A model generated the notes under the pieces. That model was not told where the DNA came from and ran no database searches. It was given only the letters and a program-made list of their open reading frames with translations. Of a stretch of DNA of 64,000 bases, positions 48,354 through 58,381 are shown one piece after another (the stretch's first letter is position 1; every line of letters begins with the position of its first letter). The stretch spans positions 1 through 64,000 of the forward strand of contig JABCSY010000005.1 in the NCBI GenBank assembly GCA_018238625.1, read 5' to 3'. This stretch comes from Promethearchaeota archaeon. Its GTDB lineage: Archaea; Asgardarchaeota; Lokiarchaeia; Sigyniarchaeales; SOKP01. The translations under genes were made by a program, and so were the position numbers.

Positions 48354-49646
48354 ATGAGTGAACGAGAACAAGTCGAATTTAAGAATTATTATATTGCTAT
48401 TTTTAATGTGAATTACCTTTTCCAAGGAATCAATCAATCTTTGTTTGCGGTAATTATACCAATTTATTTGATCCAATTTATTGGAGTGATCGACGCTTCG
48501 CAACTCGCGTTTCTGGGATCAATAATTATGTTACCCTGGATTTTTAAAATTTTTTATGGAATTATTGGCGATAAATTTGGGTTAAAAAAAATAGGGAGAA
48601 GGCGACCTTGGATAATAAGCATGGTATCGTTTTCGGGAGTATTATGGATCATTTTAGGATTACCTAACGTGATTACAGCTGAAAATTCCATTTCTGTTTT
48701 TACGATTATGGGTATTCTAATCTTTTTTGGAGTTGCTTTCGGTGATACAATTATCGACGGTTTATTGCTGGATATTACACCAAAGGAAAAATTGGGACGC
48801 GTATCAGGGTTAAATTGGGGTCTAAGGTCTGTAGGAGCTATAGCGGGAGGCCCATTATTTGCTCTATTAGTAGTTTATGGCGGCTTAGAAGTACCGATGT
48901 TATTTATCATTGTAGGAATTTTTACTATTCTGTGTTCGTTTTTAACTTTTTTCATAAAAGAACCTACAGTATACCCAGAAGCCAAAATTGGTAAGCATCT
49001 CAAGGAAATGTTTAACAATAAAAGAGATTGGAAAACATACGGATTTGCTTTATTCGCTTCTATTATTGATTCTGTTGGTATTTTGTTTGTCTCAATTTTC
49101 ATCTTAATAAACATGGGTTTATTAGCTTCAAGTGGGACGTCCCTTTCACTACCTAGCGGAGACTTAAATATATACTTAGTAAATGGCTACATAACTATGA
49201 TAATTGCTATTGGGGTGGTGATTGGAGCAATACTTGGAGGGCAGATCGCTGATCGAATCACAAGAAAAGTTAGCGTTTATATTGCTTACATAATAACGAC
49301 CATCTCTTTATTGCTGATGATGGTTCCATTAGAATGGCCTATTTTATTGATCTTTTCGACGCTTGTAGGATGTGCAATTGGGTGGCGTCATTCTAGTTAC
49401 GCTGCTGTAGTAACTGAAATTTCAAAGCAGCATCCCGAGATGAGTAGTACTTATTACTCATTATGTAATGCTTTCGCAAATTTAGGTAGCACGCTCGGAA
49501 TGTCTTTAACCGGAATTATTTTAGGGGCCACGGCCTCGTATCTAATAGTGTTTCTATTTATGGCTTTAATCTCTAATATAGGCCTTGCTGGTTTCTTAAT
49601 GTTAAAAAAGGAAGATTACGAGCATAAAGCAATCAAAGAGAATTAG
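48354..49646 (+). CDS. MFS transporter (AmpG/BT1-like; probable start 48354)
   Basis: LPWIFKIFYG..GDK...GRRRPW, D..IDG, GGQIADRI.RK; about 12 TM segments. Confidence 0.88.
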   Translation: MSEREQVEFKNYYIAIFNVNYLFQGINQSLFAVIIPIYLIQFIGVIDASQLAFLGSIIMLPWIFKIFYGIIGDKFGLKKIGRRRPWIISMVSFSGVLWIILGLPNVITAENSISVFTIMGILIFFGVAFGDTIIDGLLLDITPKEKLGRVSGLNWGLRSVGAIAGGPLFALLVVYGGLEVPMLFIIVGIFTILCSFLTFFIKEPTVYPEAKIGKHLKEMFNNKRDWKTYGFALFASIIDSVGILFVSIFILINMGLLASSGTSLSLPSGDLNIYLVNGYITMIIAIGVVIGAILGGQIADRITRKVSVYIAYIITTISLLLMMVPLEWPILLIFSTLVGCAIGWRHSSYAAVVTEISKQHPEMSSTYYSLCNAFANLGSTLGMSLTGIILGATASYLIVFLFMALISNIGLAGFLMLKKEDYEHKAIKEN

Positions 49647-49805
49647 AAACACTAATTAATTCCCCTTTTTTTTATTTAGCGTTTAATTTAAAATCGAGAA
49701 GATGAAAGGTTCGTTATTTTTCAATTATTATTGGGAATTGAACCTTTAAATAATCTTTTTATATTAATATATTCAGATAACAAAATATGAGGGATTTTTC
49801 TAAAA

Positions 49806-50018
49806 ATGAGACCTCGATGTGAAAAATGTGGAAAACGGATCCAGCGAATTCATAGAAGGTTAATTCATTTCTATCCAGATTATTGCCCTTCATGTGGAAC
49901 AAAAATTAGCTTAAAACAAAAAAGTGATTTGAGATATTATGAAACTATTGTTTGCATAGTAGTATTTACTATATTTGCTATAGTGATGATGACTTTTACC
50001 CAACTTGGTTTAATTTAA
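49806..50018 (+). CDS. Small zinc-ribbon protein with C-terminal TM helix
   Basis: CEKC...CPSC plus a hydrophobic tail. Confidence 0.7.
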   Translation: MRPRCEKCGKRIQRIHRRLIHFYPDYCPSCGTKISLKQKSDLRYYETIVCIVVFTIFAIVMMTFTQLGLI

Positions 50019-50035
50019 AAATAGAAAGAAAGCAT

Positions 50036-50764
50036 CTAATTTATATATTTTAATAGAACATCTAAATCTGCTAGTTTGTCAATAGGTTTAATAATTATAT
50101 CGTCTGCTTCGGTAATTGTTAATATCTCTTTTATCTCCTTTTCTGAAACAACAGCAGATATCAAAACTATAGGAATTGCTTTATATAGCATCTTAGATTT
50201 TAGCATCTGGCACAATTTGGTTCCGTCAATATTGCTAGTTTTTAAATCTATATCTAATAAAATGGCTTGAGGAGTAGAAGTTTTCAAAATATCAAGTCCT
50301 TCTTCGGAAGTTTCTACAGATTTAATATCTACGTCTTTTCTCTTAAAATAGGTGTCAACTGTTTTGCGTTCTAATTCGTTATCTTCAATATATAAAATAT
50401 CAAAGTTTTTTATATATCTAATCAACTTAGGTTTTTCATAATGTCGTTTTATTAAATTTTCTAAATCTACCAAGGCGTTTTTTATATTTTCTATATTTTC
50501 AATTAACTTTTTTGGTTCATTTAGAAAACTACCTAACATTAGAATTGATACTTTAAGAGGTGAAAGTTTCTGTTTTAACTCTTCGTGAAAAGTCGTGTGT
50601 AATTCAAAAGAATCAATAGCTTCCCTAATGGAACTATTAATAGATTTTTCATCGTACTCTTTTTTTTCGATGTCTTTTTGTAACATCTGATAAACATTAT
50701 CGATATAAGAATTAACGGAATTTCTTATTATTTTTGCTTGATTTTTAATGCTATTCTGTTCCAT
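50036..50764 (-). CDS. Response regulator (C-terminal receiver domain); frame extends upstream without an ATG
   Basis: ILYIEDN, ILLDIDL, IVLISA, IIKP. Confidence 0.88.
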   Translation of the reverse strand: MEQNSIKNQAKIIRNSVNSYIDNVYQMLQKDIEKKEYDEKSINSSIREAIDSFELHTTFHEELKQKLSPLKVSILMLGSFLNEPKKLIENIENIKNALVDLENLIKRHYEKPKLIRYIKNFDILYIEDNELERKTVDTYFKRKDVDIKSVETSEEGLDILKTSTPQAILLDIDLKTSNIDGTKLCQMLKSKMLYKAIPIVLISAVVSEKEIKEILTITEADDIIIKPIDKLADLDVLLKYIN

Positions 50765-50907
50765 GAATAGTTTTAGTTTACTGTCGAGCGCTGAATCTAC
50801 GTAAGTATACCATTTAATTTGCTTTTTTTCTTTTTCTGTTTTATTACTTTGATTGATACTATTAATTGATTTACACCATCCAAGATTACTATAAACAATA
50901 CTTTTTT

Positions 50908-52524
50908 TTATAATGCTTCAGGAATTTGAATTATGAAATTACTTCCTTGAGTATAATCCCCTTTAATTTTATCTTCAACCCAGATTTCACCCTCGCATAA
51001 ATCTAAAAGCTTTGCAACGAGAGAAAGTCCAAGCCCCATACCTTTAGATCCTATCGGTTTTTTAACATTTCTTTTAAATATAATATTCTTTTTAGTATCA
51101 TTAATGCCAATACCATTATCTTTAAATTCTAATTTGATATGTGATTTCTGATTTTCCATCACTCTTGAAATATTAATTTCAATCTCTACAGCATCATTTT
51201 TATTATAAAGTACAGAGTTTATAAGAATATTTTCAAATACATCAAGTAATAGGTCATTGCAAAGTACGTAAATTTTATTTGCCTCAGATTCGATGTTAAC
51301 AATTATTTCTCGTTTTTGGAAATTTACTTTTACATATTGGGTAGCACTTCTTATTTTCTCAAAAATCTCTATAGGTTTTAAAGGTATTTCAGATTCTTCA
51401 ATGTCTGATAGTTCTCTTATATTATTTATTAACTTTTTCCCTCGTTTAATCTGTTGCTCAATTGCTTTAAAATATTCAAGCATATCATTATTTTCAATAT
51501 TTTTTTTTAACAAGGTTTCACATAATTCTATGGAATTTCCAATCGTGTGAAACATGTTAGAAATATCATGCGTAAACAATCCCTTATAACAATCTGCTCT
51601 ATTATATACCTTTCGATATTTTATTTCTGAACTTTCTAGTTTGATCGTTCTTTCTTTTATTCGAATTTTTAGATCTTTCCTTAAACCGTCTAACTCAATT
51701 TCAGCTAATTTTCGCTCTGTAATGTCTTTAATAAACGTTTGAATAAGGCTCTTTTTACCTATTTTGACAAACGAGGATTCCAATGTTATCCAAAATCTTT
51801 TACCATCGCCTCTAAAGATTTCGAATTCTACAGGTTTTAAATAACCTTCTTTAAGTAATACTACAAATCTTTCTTTAAGGACTTGCTCTATATTTTCAAA
51901 TCTGGGATCTCCCTCACGGCTGAACATTTGAAGTACTTCTCTGAAAGGTTTCCCTATCAAGTCAGAAGGCTTAAATACTGACAAAAACTTATTCATTGGT
52001 TCATTGCAATCAAGGATTATTCCTTTTAAATCTACAAGCCAGATTGCGTAAGGTGTGCTATTAAATAAATTTCGATACATCTCTTCGGATTCTTTTAATT
52101 TCTGTTCTGCCTTTTTGCGCTCGGTAATGTCGCGGTCGATACCCCTATACCCTAAGAGCTCTCCGTTTCCATCGAGGATTGGCTCACCGCTCGTTTCAAG
52201 AATTATTTGCCTTCCGTCCTTATGGATGTTTATATTTTCAAGCCATGTAAGAGATTTTTGAGATTCAACTGCTGCTTGGAAAAGTTTACGTACTCGCTCC
52301 GCCTCGTTTGAGGGCATTAAATCAAAAGGAGTTTTTCCAATGATTTCTTCTGGCTCATATCCTAATATGGCTTTAATTTTTGGACTTGAATAAGTATAGA
52401 CTGAATTAGTATCCACTTCCCAAATCCAATCACTAGTAGTTTCGACCAAAGAGCGAAATCTTTCTTCACTATCGCGCAATTTTCGCTCCGTCTGCTTGCG
52501 CTCGGTAATCTCTTCATGCAGCAT
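50908..52524 (-). CDS. PAS-PAS sensor histidine kinase
   Basis: DITERK PAC ends, H-box THDISN, N-box NILINSV.YN, DNGIGI, GMGLGL. Confidence 0.92.
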   Translation of the reverse strand: MLHEEITERKQTERKLRDSEERFRSLVETTSDWIWEVDTNSVYTYSSPKIKAILGYEPEEIIGKTPFDLMPSNEAERVRKLFQAAVESQKSLTWLENINIHKDGRQIILETSGEPILDGNGELLGYRGIDRDITERKKAEQKLKESEEMYRNLFNSTPYAIWLVDLKGIILDCNEPMNKFLSVFKPSDLIGKPFREVLQMFSREGDPRFENIEQVLKERFVVLLKEGYLKPVEFEIFRGDGKRFWITLESSFVKIGKKSLIQTFIKDITERKLAEIELDGLRKDLKIRIKERTIKLESSEIKYRKVYNRADCYKGLFTHDISNMFHTIGNSIELCETLLKKNIENNDMLEYFKAIEQQIKRGKKLINNIRELSDIEESEIPLKPIEIFEKIRSATQYVKVNFQKREIIVNIESEANKIYVLCNDLLLDVFENILINSVLYNKNDAVEIEINISRVMENQKSHIKLEFKDNGIGINDTKKNIIFKRNVKKPIGSKGMGLGLSLVAKLLDLCEGEIWVEDKIKGDYTQGSNFIIQIPEAL

Positions 52525-52814
52525 TAAGAACCAAATTAATTATTTAAATTCTTCTTCAAAATTCCCTAATTTAATATTTAAGGAAGTCAAAAACACCTAC
52601 CCTTTAAATATTGTAATTTTCTTCTTAACTGGAAAAATAAATATAGCTATTATACTAAATTGTTAAAAGTCTATATATATATTTACTTTTTTTCTATAAA
52701 TATTAACACCTTTATAAAATAAAAAGAAGTTAGGTTAATGTGTTGTTTGATGAGCTAAGAACTAACCAGCAATTCTTATTAATCGATTGATGTTAAAATA
52801 ATTAGCTCTTTTGA

Positions 52815-52889
52815 TTTTACTAGTAATTCGTAAATTTTACCACTAAAATCTAAGATTTACCAGTATTTCTTTAACTTTTACTAACAATA
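52815..52889. promoter_or_regulatory. Phased array of four TTTTAC-N2-GTAAAA-like sites, 20-21 bp apart
   Basis: Sites start at 52815, 52835, 52855 and 52876. Confidence 0.55.
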
Positions 52890-53151
52890 TTCGAAAGAAT
52901 CTTTATATTCAATATTAAATATTAGAAATTTGATCATTCTCAATAATTATAATAATTCTTATTGATAATGAAGTTTGAGAGATGATTAGAGGGCGAATGA
53001 AAAACCTATTTAAAAATAGTTTTTTCCAAAAGAAATGTGTGAAAATACTTTTAGATCTAAAATTATAAGAAGAAATTTTCAATAATAACTTGAACTTAAG
53101 TTTATATTTCCTCATTTTCTTCTAATACAAAAAAAAAGAAAAATAATTAAA

Positions 53152-53505
53152 ATGGATAAGAATAAGGATTACTATAAAATTCTCGAAGTCGAAGAAGACG
53201 CTTCCGAGGAAGAAATTAAACTGGCTTATCGGAGATTAGCGAAAAAATATCATCCCGACCTTAATAAAACCGATCCAAAAGCTAAGGAGAAGTTTATTGA
53301 ACTACTTGAAGCTTACGATACATTAAGCGATCCCCAGAGAAGAGAAGTTTATGACCAAGCCGGTTACAATCCAAGAAACATTGATTTAAGCGATATGCTT
53401 TGGAGATATGATTCTACTCGATTTAGAGAAATGCTAAGACAAATATATACGAACCATTATAGAACTCCGTACAATAAACCTCCTCCTGAAGGAATGTATA
53501 CCTAA
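53152..53505 (+). CDS. J-domain (DnaJ-like) protein
   Basis: DYYKILEV...[15 protein letters not shown]...[11 protein letters not shown]. Confidence 0.92.
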   Translation: MDKNKDYYKILEVEEDASEEEIKLAYRRLAKKYHPDLNKTDPKAKEKFIELLEAYDTLSDPQRREVYDQAGYNPRNIDLSDMLWRYDSTRFREMLRQIYTNHYRTPYNKPPPEGMYT

Positions 53506-53612
53506 ATGACATCTATATTGCAGCAGTTACATTGGAACATGATGCTGAGTTAGCAACCGATAATGTCAATCATTATCAACGAGTTTCACAATTAAAGATT
53601 ATAAACATATAA
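53502..53612 (+). pseudogene. C-terminal fragment of a PIN/VapC gene
   Basis: [36 protein letters not shown] matches the PIN C-terminal pattern D..IAA......L.T.N..H; no start codon. Confidence 0.75.
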
Positions 53613-53781
53613 ACATGCTTTCAATCTATTTTTATGAATTTTATAACAAAAAAAAAAAGTAAAGTAATTATCAAACATCACCTTTCTTCCCATTTTTAAA
53701 AATTTTATAAATCAATTTTATCGAAAATGTAGACATAAAAAATTGCCTTTTTCTGGGATATTTTCAATTAATTTGAACAAT

Positions 53782-53836
53782 TTTTACTAGTAGCATTCAT
53801 ATTTTTACTGGTAAAAATAAGATTTTACGGTTAATT
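53782..53836. promoter_or_regulatory. Phased array of three TTTTAC-N2-GTAAAA-like sites
   Basis: Sites start at 53782, 53803 (ATTTTTAC-TG-GTAAAAAT, perfect arms) and 53823. Confidence 0.55.
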
Positions 53837-53955
53837 TCAGTGTAATCTTTATATTCCAGATTCATCTAGAGATATTTGATCAATATCAATAATTACATAT
53901 TAATTTTTGATCATTTTTGATCAGCATTTAATTTGTAAAAAAAGGTAGAAATTAT

Positions 53956-55314
53956 ATGAATAAAGCAAAATGTGTAAAAATTAGCTTATTACTGACAGCA
54001 TTATCACTATCGATATGCATTCCCATGTTTGCCATATCTGTAACCGCGAAGAAACAAGTATATACTCGCAACATTCCTGTTTACATCAATGACGCCGTTC
54101 CTGGTTGTTCTTGGGCAGAATGGAGCGTAGAACCATGGCTAAAAGGTTCTGGTACCGAAGAAGATCCCTACATGATTAAAGACTTAGTCATTGAGGTAAG
54201 TGGATTTCAATTTGCCATGATGATTCAAGACTCAGATGCGTATTTCAAAATAATGAAGTGTACTTTTAGTAATGGCGGTATAGTAGGAGAAAGATCTGCA
54301 GGATTCATTTTAATCAACACTCAAAATGGTGTCATCTTCAAGAACAACTTTATTGGTAACGATGGAGCGGGAATCGCCGTAATTGGGTCGTTACATAACG
54401 TGATCCAAAAAAACCTCTGTAGCGAAAATGGAGTTGGGATTTACATCGAATGGGGTATGTTTACTACTATTAAACAAAACGATTGTAAGAATAATTTTGA
54501 TTCAGGAATTGTTATTGCATCAGCCCACAAAAACGTAATAGAGAAGAACGACTGCTTTGAAAACGCTAACGCTGGTATTGCATTAATAAATGTGGGCGAA
54601 CCAGATCATTCCCCCAAAGACAACATCATTTACAAGAATAACCTTGAAAACAATCTACTTGGAATTTATTCATCTGACGCGGATATGAACGATGTCTTGA
54701 GAAACACGATTGCAGAAAACTTCTATGGAATCTCGTTTGGCCTTGGATCCGAAGGAAATACCGTGTACCACAATAATTTCATAGATAACGACAACCAGGC
54801 AATTGATTTTCAACCAACCGCGAACAATTGGCATCACCCCTACATGCTCGAAGGAAATTTCTGGTCGGACGCTCCTTTTGGATACGACTTATATCCGATC
54901 GTAGAAGAAAACGGTTGGGAAGTTATGACTCCTATCGAAGAAGAGATTTTAGATCCTTTACTACCTAATCGATTAGGAGGAGATCGCATAGTAATCGCGA
55001 GCGAGACGAGTTATATCCGTTATGGGGTCTTGCAATTGTTTTCAGAAAGAGTCGAAGGAGAAGCGTACCCTCCATACACGGTTCGGATCAATGGAGAAGA
55101 AGTTCTAGATTCTGTATGGCTCTTCAAAGAAGAAACTGATTATGGAGAACCAGGTTTGATGCAATTATACTACATAAAAATACCTCCATATTATCTAACT
55201 GAGGTAATGGGACTTACTCTTGGATATCACGAATATTTAGTGGAAATAAGTTGGTATAATAGCGGGGAACTGCAAGTAGCAAGCTTTACTACAGGTTTCA
55301 CCTTAATTGAATAA
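53956..55314 (+). CDS. Secreted parallel beta-helix (NosD-like) protein without TM anchor
   Basis: Signal peptide, GSGTEEDPYMI, N-rich coils, VYHNNFIDN...GNFWSD. Confidence 0.85.
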   Translation: MNKAKCVKISLLLTALSLSICIPMFAISVTAKKQVYTRNIPVYINDAVPGCSWAEWSVEPWLKGSGTEEDPYMIKDLVIEVSGFQFAMMIQDSDAYFKIMKCTFSNGGIVGERSAGFILINTQNGVIFKNNFIGNDGAGIAVIGSLHNVIQKNLCSENGVGIYIEWGMFTTIKQNDCKNNFDSGIVIASAHKNVIEKNDCFENANAGIALINVGEPDHSPKDNIIYKNNLENNLLGIYSSDADMNDVLRNTIAENFYGISFGLGSEGNTVYHNNFIDNDNQAIDFQPTANNWHHPYMLEGNFWSDAPFGYDLYPIVEENGWEVMTPIEEEILDPLLPNRLGGDRIVIASETSYIRYGVLQLFSERVEGEAYPPYTVRINGEEVLDSVWLFKEETDYGEPGLMQLYYIKIPPYYLTEVMGLTLGYHEYLVEISWYNSGELQVASFTTGFTLIE

Positions 55315-55340
55315 CGGTCTTCACGGCCGCTTTTTTTTTT
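55315..55340 (+). terminator. GC hairpin followed by a T-run
   Basis: CGGTC-TTCAC-GGCCG then a run of T directly after the stop codon. Confidence 0.55.
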
Positions 55341-55400
55341 CATATATTTCCAAAAATCTAAGTATTATAGGAATAAGAAAATTTAAATCTCTATTTCTAA

Positions 55401-55529
55401 TTAAGTAGCATCACTTAACGGTTTTAGATTTACTGCAACTTCAATTCCCTTATTTAAACCTAATTTTTCTAAAGATCTTATTATTCTAATTTTGAACGAT
55501 TTCTGTTTAATTTCGATGAGAACTACCAT
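55401..55529 (-). pseudogene. TOBE-like fragment (42 codons)
   Basis: MVVLIEIKQKSFKIRIIRSLEKLGLNKGIEVAVNLKPLS resembles the TOBE pattern IT..S...LGL..G..V...K. Confidence 0.4.
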
Positions 55530-55607
55530 GAACTACCATGGGAGATACGAAAAAAACTATAATATTTTTTTTGTATAATTTATCAAGGATCAAAATTTCC
55601 TATCAAT

Positions 55608-56240
55608 ATGCCTTATACTTATTTAGGACCCGCATATCGTATCGAATCTGAACGTTTAGTTATTAGGTGCTATAATCCTAAAGATGCGCTTCACTTACAA
55701 AAAGCAATCCAAGAAAGTCTTGAACATCTTCGACCGTGGATGCCATGGGTAAGAGACGAACCCGAAGAATTGAAGGTTAAGATAGAACGCCTTAGATTGT
55801 TCCGTGCCGATTTTGATTTAAGTAAAAATTATGTGTACGGCGTTTTCGATCCTAACGAGACTGAATTAGTGGGAGGGACCGGACTCCATCCCAGAGTTGG
55901 ACTAAACGCGTTTGAAATTGGGTATTGGATTCATGTGAACCATATCAATAAAGGATATGCTACAGAGATCTCTGCTGCTCTCACTAAAGTAGCATTTGAG
56001 GTAGAAAACGTAAAGCGAGTAGAAATTCACTGTGATCCAGACAATATAAAAAGTGCAGCAATTCCAAAAAAATTAGGATATGTATATGAAGCCACTTTAC
56101 GAGGTAGAACTGAAACAATTGAGGGGGTGCCATCAGATTCAATGATATGGTTGATATTGAGGGAGGAATACTTAAAATCTCCTGCTGCTAAAGCGAAAAT
56201 AGTAGCTTATGACGTATTCGGTAATCTAATTATCTCATAA
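55608..56240 (+). CDS. GNAT acetyltransferase, RimJ/RimL family
   Basis: IESERL, HLRPWMPW, EIGYWI....NKGYATE, N.KSAAIPKKLGY. Confidence 0.92.
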   Translation: MPYTYLGPAYRIESERLVIRCYNPKDALHLQKAIQESLEHLRPWMPWVRDEPEELKVKIERLRLFRADFDLSKNYVYGVFDPNETELVGGTGLHPRVGLNAFEIGYWIHVNHINKGYATEISAALTKVAFEVENVKRVEIHCDPDNIKSAAIPKKLGYVYEATLRGRTETIEGVPSDSMIWLILREEYLKSPAAKAKIVAYDVFGNLIIS

Positions 56241-56476
56241 TATAATAATTTCTTGTGAAGTTCGAGCTTTAGCTCATTTTCTTAATAGTGTTTTCATACT
56301 TTTTAGTACTATAATCATCAAATTTGACGAATCTTTGATCATATATCAAGACATTTAGGAGTCTGACATATAAAGATTGGACTCCTTTAACAATTTAAAA
56401 TGATGTAATGAAAAAGTATTATAATTTACTATCAAGTAAAACTATAATTTGCAATAAAAAATAAACATTAAAAATT

Positions 56477-57871
56477 TTGATGAATAACATGAATGAAACT
56501 ATTTTACAAAATTTCGAACAAGAAACAATAGATGAACGTAAGTCGAATTATTTTCAAATAGATTTTCTGAAAGCATTAATGATTTTCTTAGTAATCTTCG
56601 ATCATTTCGTAGCTTGGACGATTAAAAGTGAAATTGGTGTCGCATTATGGGAACGGATTTCTATTCCAGTATTTTTGGTGGTCATGGGGTTTAACATGGG
56701 ATTATCGTTTAAAGGAAAGGAGAATTTATCATTAAAAGAATTATATTCCTGGAGTTATTTCAAGAAAAAATTCTTACGCTTTGTTGTTCCTTTTCTTATT
56801 TTGTACGCAGTGTCAACGTTTATTGGTTTGTTTATGTATGGATTCGATTTTATAGCAATGTATGATAATCAATATTACCCGAATCACGGTATTATTAACT
56901 TGTTTTATTTGATAATGCCTTTTTGGGGACCAGGTAATTGGTTCATTCCCGTTTTACTTCAATCAATTCTGGTCATACCATTACTATATTGGGGATTTAC
57001 TAAAAAACCTGTACTGACGTTAATACTAACCTTTATCGTTGAAATTGCTATGCAAATTACAGTATTTTTCTTTATTGGAGATATCTATATTGGAGGGATA
57101 ATATCTTGGGAAAAAGTACATATCTTATCATTGTTTATGAATAGTATCTTATTCTATATTTCTGCAGTCGGTTTGGGTATGTGGTTTTCTTTTGGTCATA
57201 AACTTACAATTAAAAGAAATTGGTTTATGTGGATAATATCTTCAATTAGCTTAGTATATATTATAGCTTACCAATTTTTAAACTTACGATTGAGGCTCGA
57301 TGGTATTCCACTTTTAAGAGGTGATTATCATTTCTTAGTTTTTCCTTATTCTGCTATGCTTGTTTTGCTAGCACTCCGGTTTTTACCCCAAAAATCTGAC
57401 TGGCGTATTTCAAAGTCTATCTCTTTGATTGGTAAATCGACATATCACATATTGCTAACCCAAATCCTAGGATATGGGATGATTACTGCTTGGTGGGGGA
57501 CTCACTACGGAATGGACGTCCCTTTCAATCCCTTTGACTTAATAGATTTAGTAACGCTATGGATTATCTTTATTGGTTTTGGTATACTCTGGTATAAAAT
57601 TGATCGTCAAGAAGATCTAATTAGAAGAATTTTGTATTATTTCAACTTTTTCATTGTGTTTGTTTCAATGCTTTTTTTATCTTTCTGGATGCAAGGCTTC
57701 TGGGTGCCAATACCTCTTATGATCATTAATATCTACGCAATCGCAGCTTTGATTATTCATTATGTCATTAAAAAATCGTTAACTACACCTATACTAAGCG
57801 TGTGTACGGGATTTCTCGTGATAAACTTTATTTTGGTGATCCTTCAAGTCGGAGTTACTTTACCAAGCTAA
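56477..57871 (+). CDS. Acyltransferase family 3 (OafA-like) membrane protein
   Basis: IDFLKA..IFLVIFDH, IPVFLVVMGF, WFIPVL, IGKSTYHILL.Q. Confidence 0.85.
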   Translation: MMNNMNETILQNFEQETIDERKSNYFQIDFLKALMIFLVIFDHFVAWTIKSEIGVALWERISIPVFLVVMGFNMGLSFKGKENLSLKELYSWSYFKKKFLRFVVPFLILYAVSTFIGLFMYGFDFIAMYDNQYYPNHGIINLFYLIMPFWGPGNWFIPVLLQSILVIPLLYWGFTKKPVLTLILTFIVEIAMQITVFFFIGDIYIGGIISWEKVHILSLFMNSILFYISAVGLGMWFSFGHKLTIKRNWFMWIISSISLVYIIAYQFLNLRLRLDGIPLLRGDYHFLVFPYSAMLVLLALRFLPQKSDWRISKSISLIGKSTYHILLTQILGYGMITAWWGTHYGMDVPFNPFDLIDLVTLWIIFIGFGILWYKIDRQEDLIRRILYYFNFFIVFVSMLFLSFWMQGFWVPIPLMIINIYAIAALIIHYVIKKSLTTPILSVCTGFLVINFILVILQVGVTLPS

Positions 57872-57999
57872 TTACTTTTCAATAAATTCTCTCTTTTTTT
57901 TTGTTTCTTTATTTTTAAAATCGAGTGAAATCTAAAAGATTTGAAAGATCAATGATGCAATCTTTTGTTGAGATTAGACGACTTCCTTATAAAGATAGC

Positions 58000-58269
58000 T
58001 TATAGCTTTCTCAACTTTTTAATTTTTTCTTTATTGATTCGTCTTATATCCTTCTTTAACTTTAAAATGGAAGCATTCAACTCCATTCTTTTTACCTTTA
58101 ATGAAGAAATGTTTGAGTTATAAATTTTTTTTGATTCATGTTTTATTCGTTGTTCGATTTGGTTTAATTCCTTATGCTTTGCTGCTAGTTTTGACTCTAA
58201 TCCTTTTAACTTTTTATGGTATTCAGCCTGAATTTTATTAACCAAATTGGATTTTGAGGAATCAGTCAT
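58000..58269 (-). CDS. Basic coiled-coil protein, paralogue B
   Basis: Paralogue of 47794-48063. Confidence 0.8.
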   Translation of the reverse strand: MTDSSKSNLVNKIQAEYHKKLKGLESKLAAKHKELNQIEQRIKHESKKIYNSNISSLKVKRMELNASILKLKKDIRRINKEKIKKLRKL

Positions 58270-58333
58270 AATGCAAACCGAATTTCAATTTAACTTTAGT
58301 AAAAGATTTTCATAAATTAATTTAGGATTATTA

Positions 58334-58381
58334 TAAATATAGAATTTTCTAAATATAGTATTTTCTAAATATAGAATTTTC
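58334..58381. repeat. 16-bp tandem repeat x3 (TAAATATAGWATTTTC)
   Basis: Units start at 58334, 58350 and 58366. Confidence 0.85.

Noticed and set aside
52915-53115. 66-aa minus-strand ORF and similar short antisense or overlapping ORFs in the track
   Set aside because: AT-rich chance frames or antisense shadows of well-supported genes, with no motifs.
56270-56400. About 40-codon open frame on the minus strand and an AGGAGTC/GACTCCT inverted repeat
   Set aside because: No start codon or recognisable family; the 7-bp arms with a long loop are plausible by chance.
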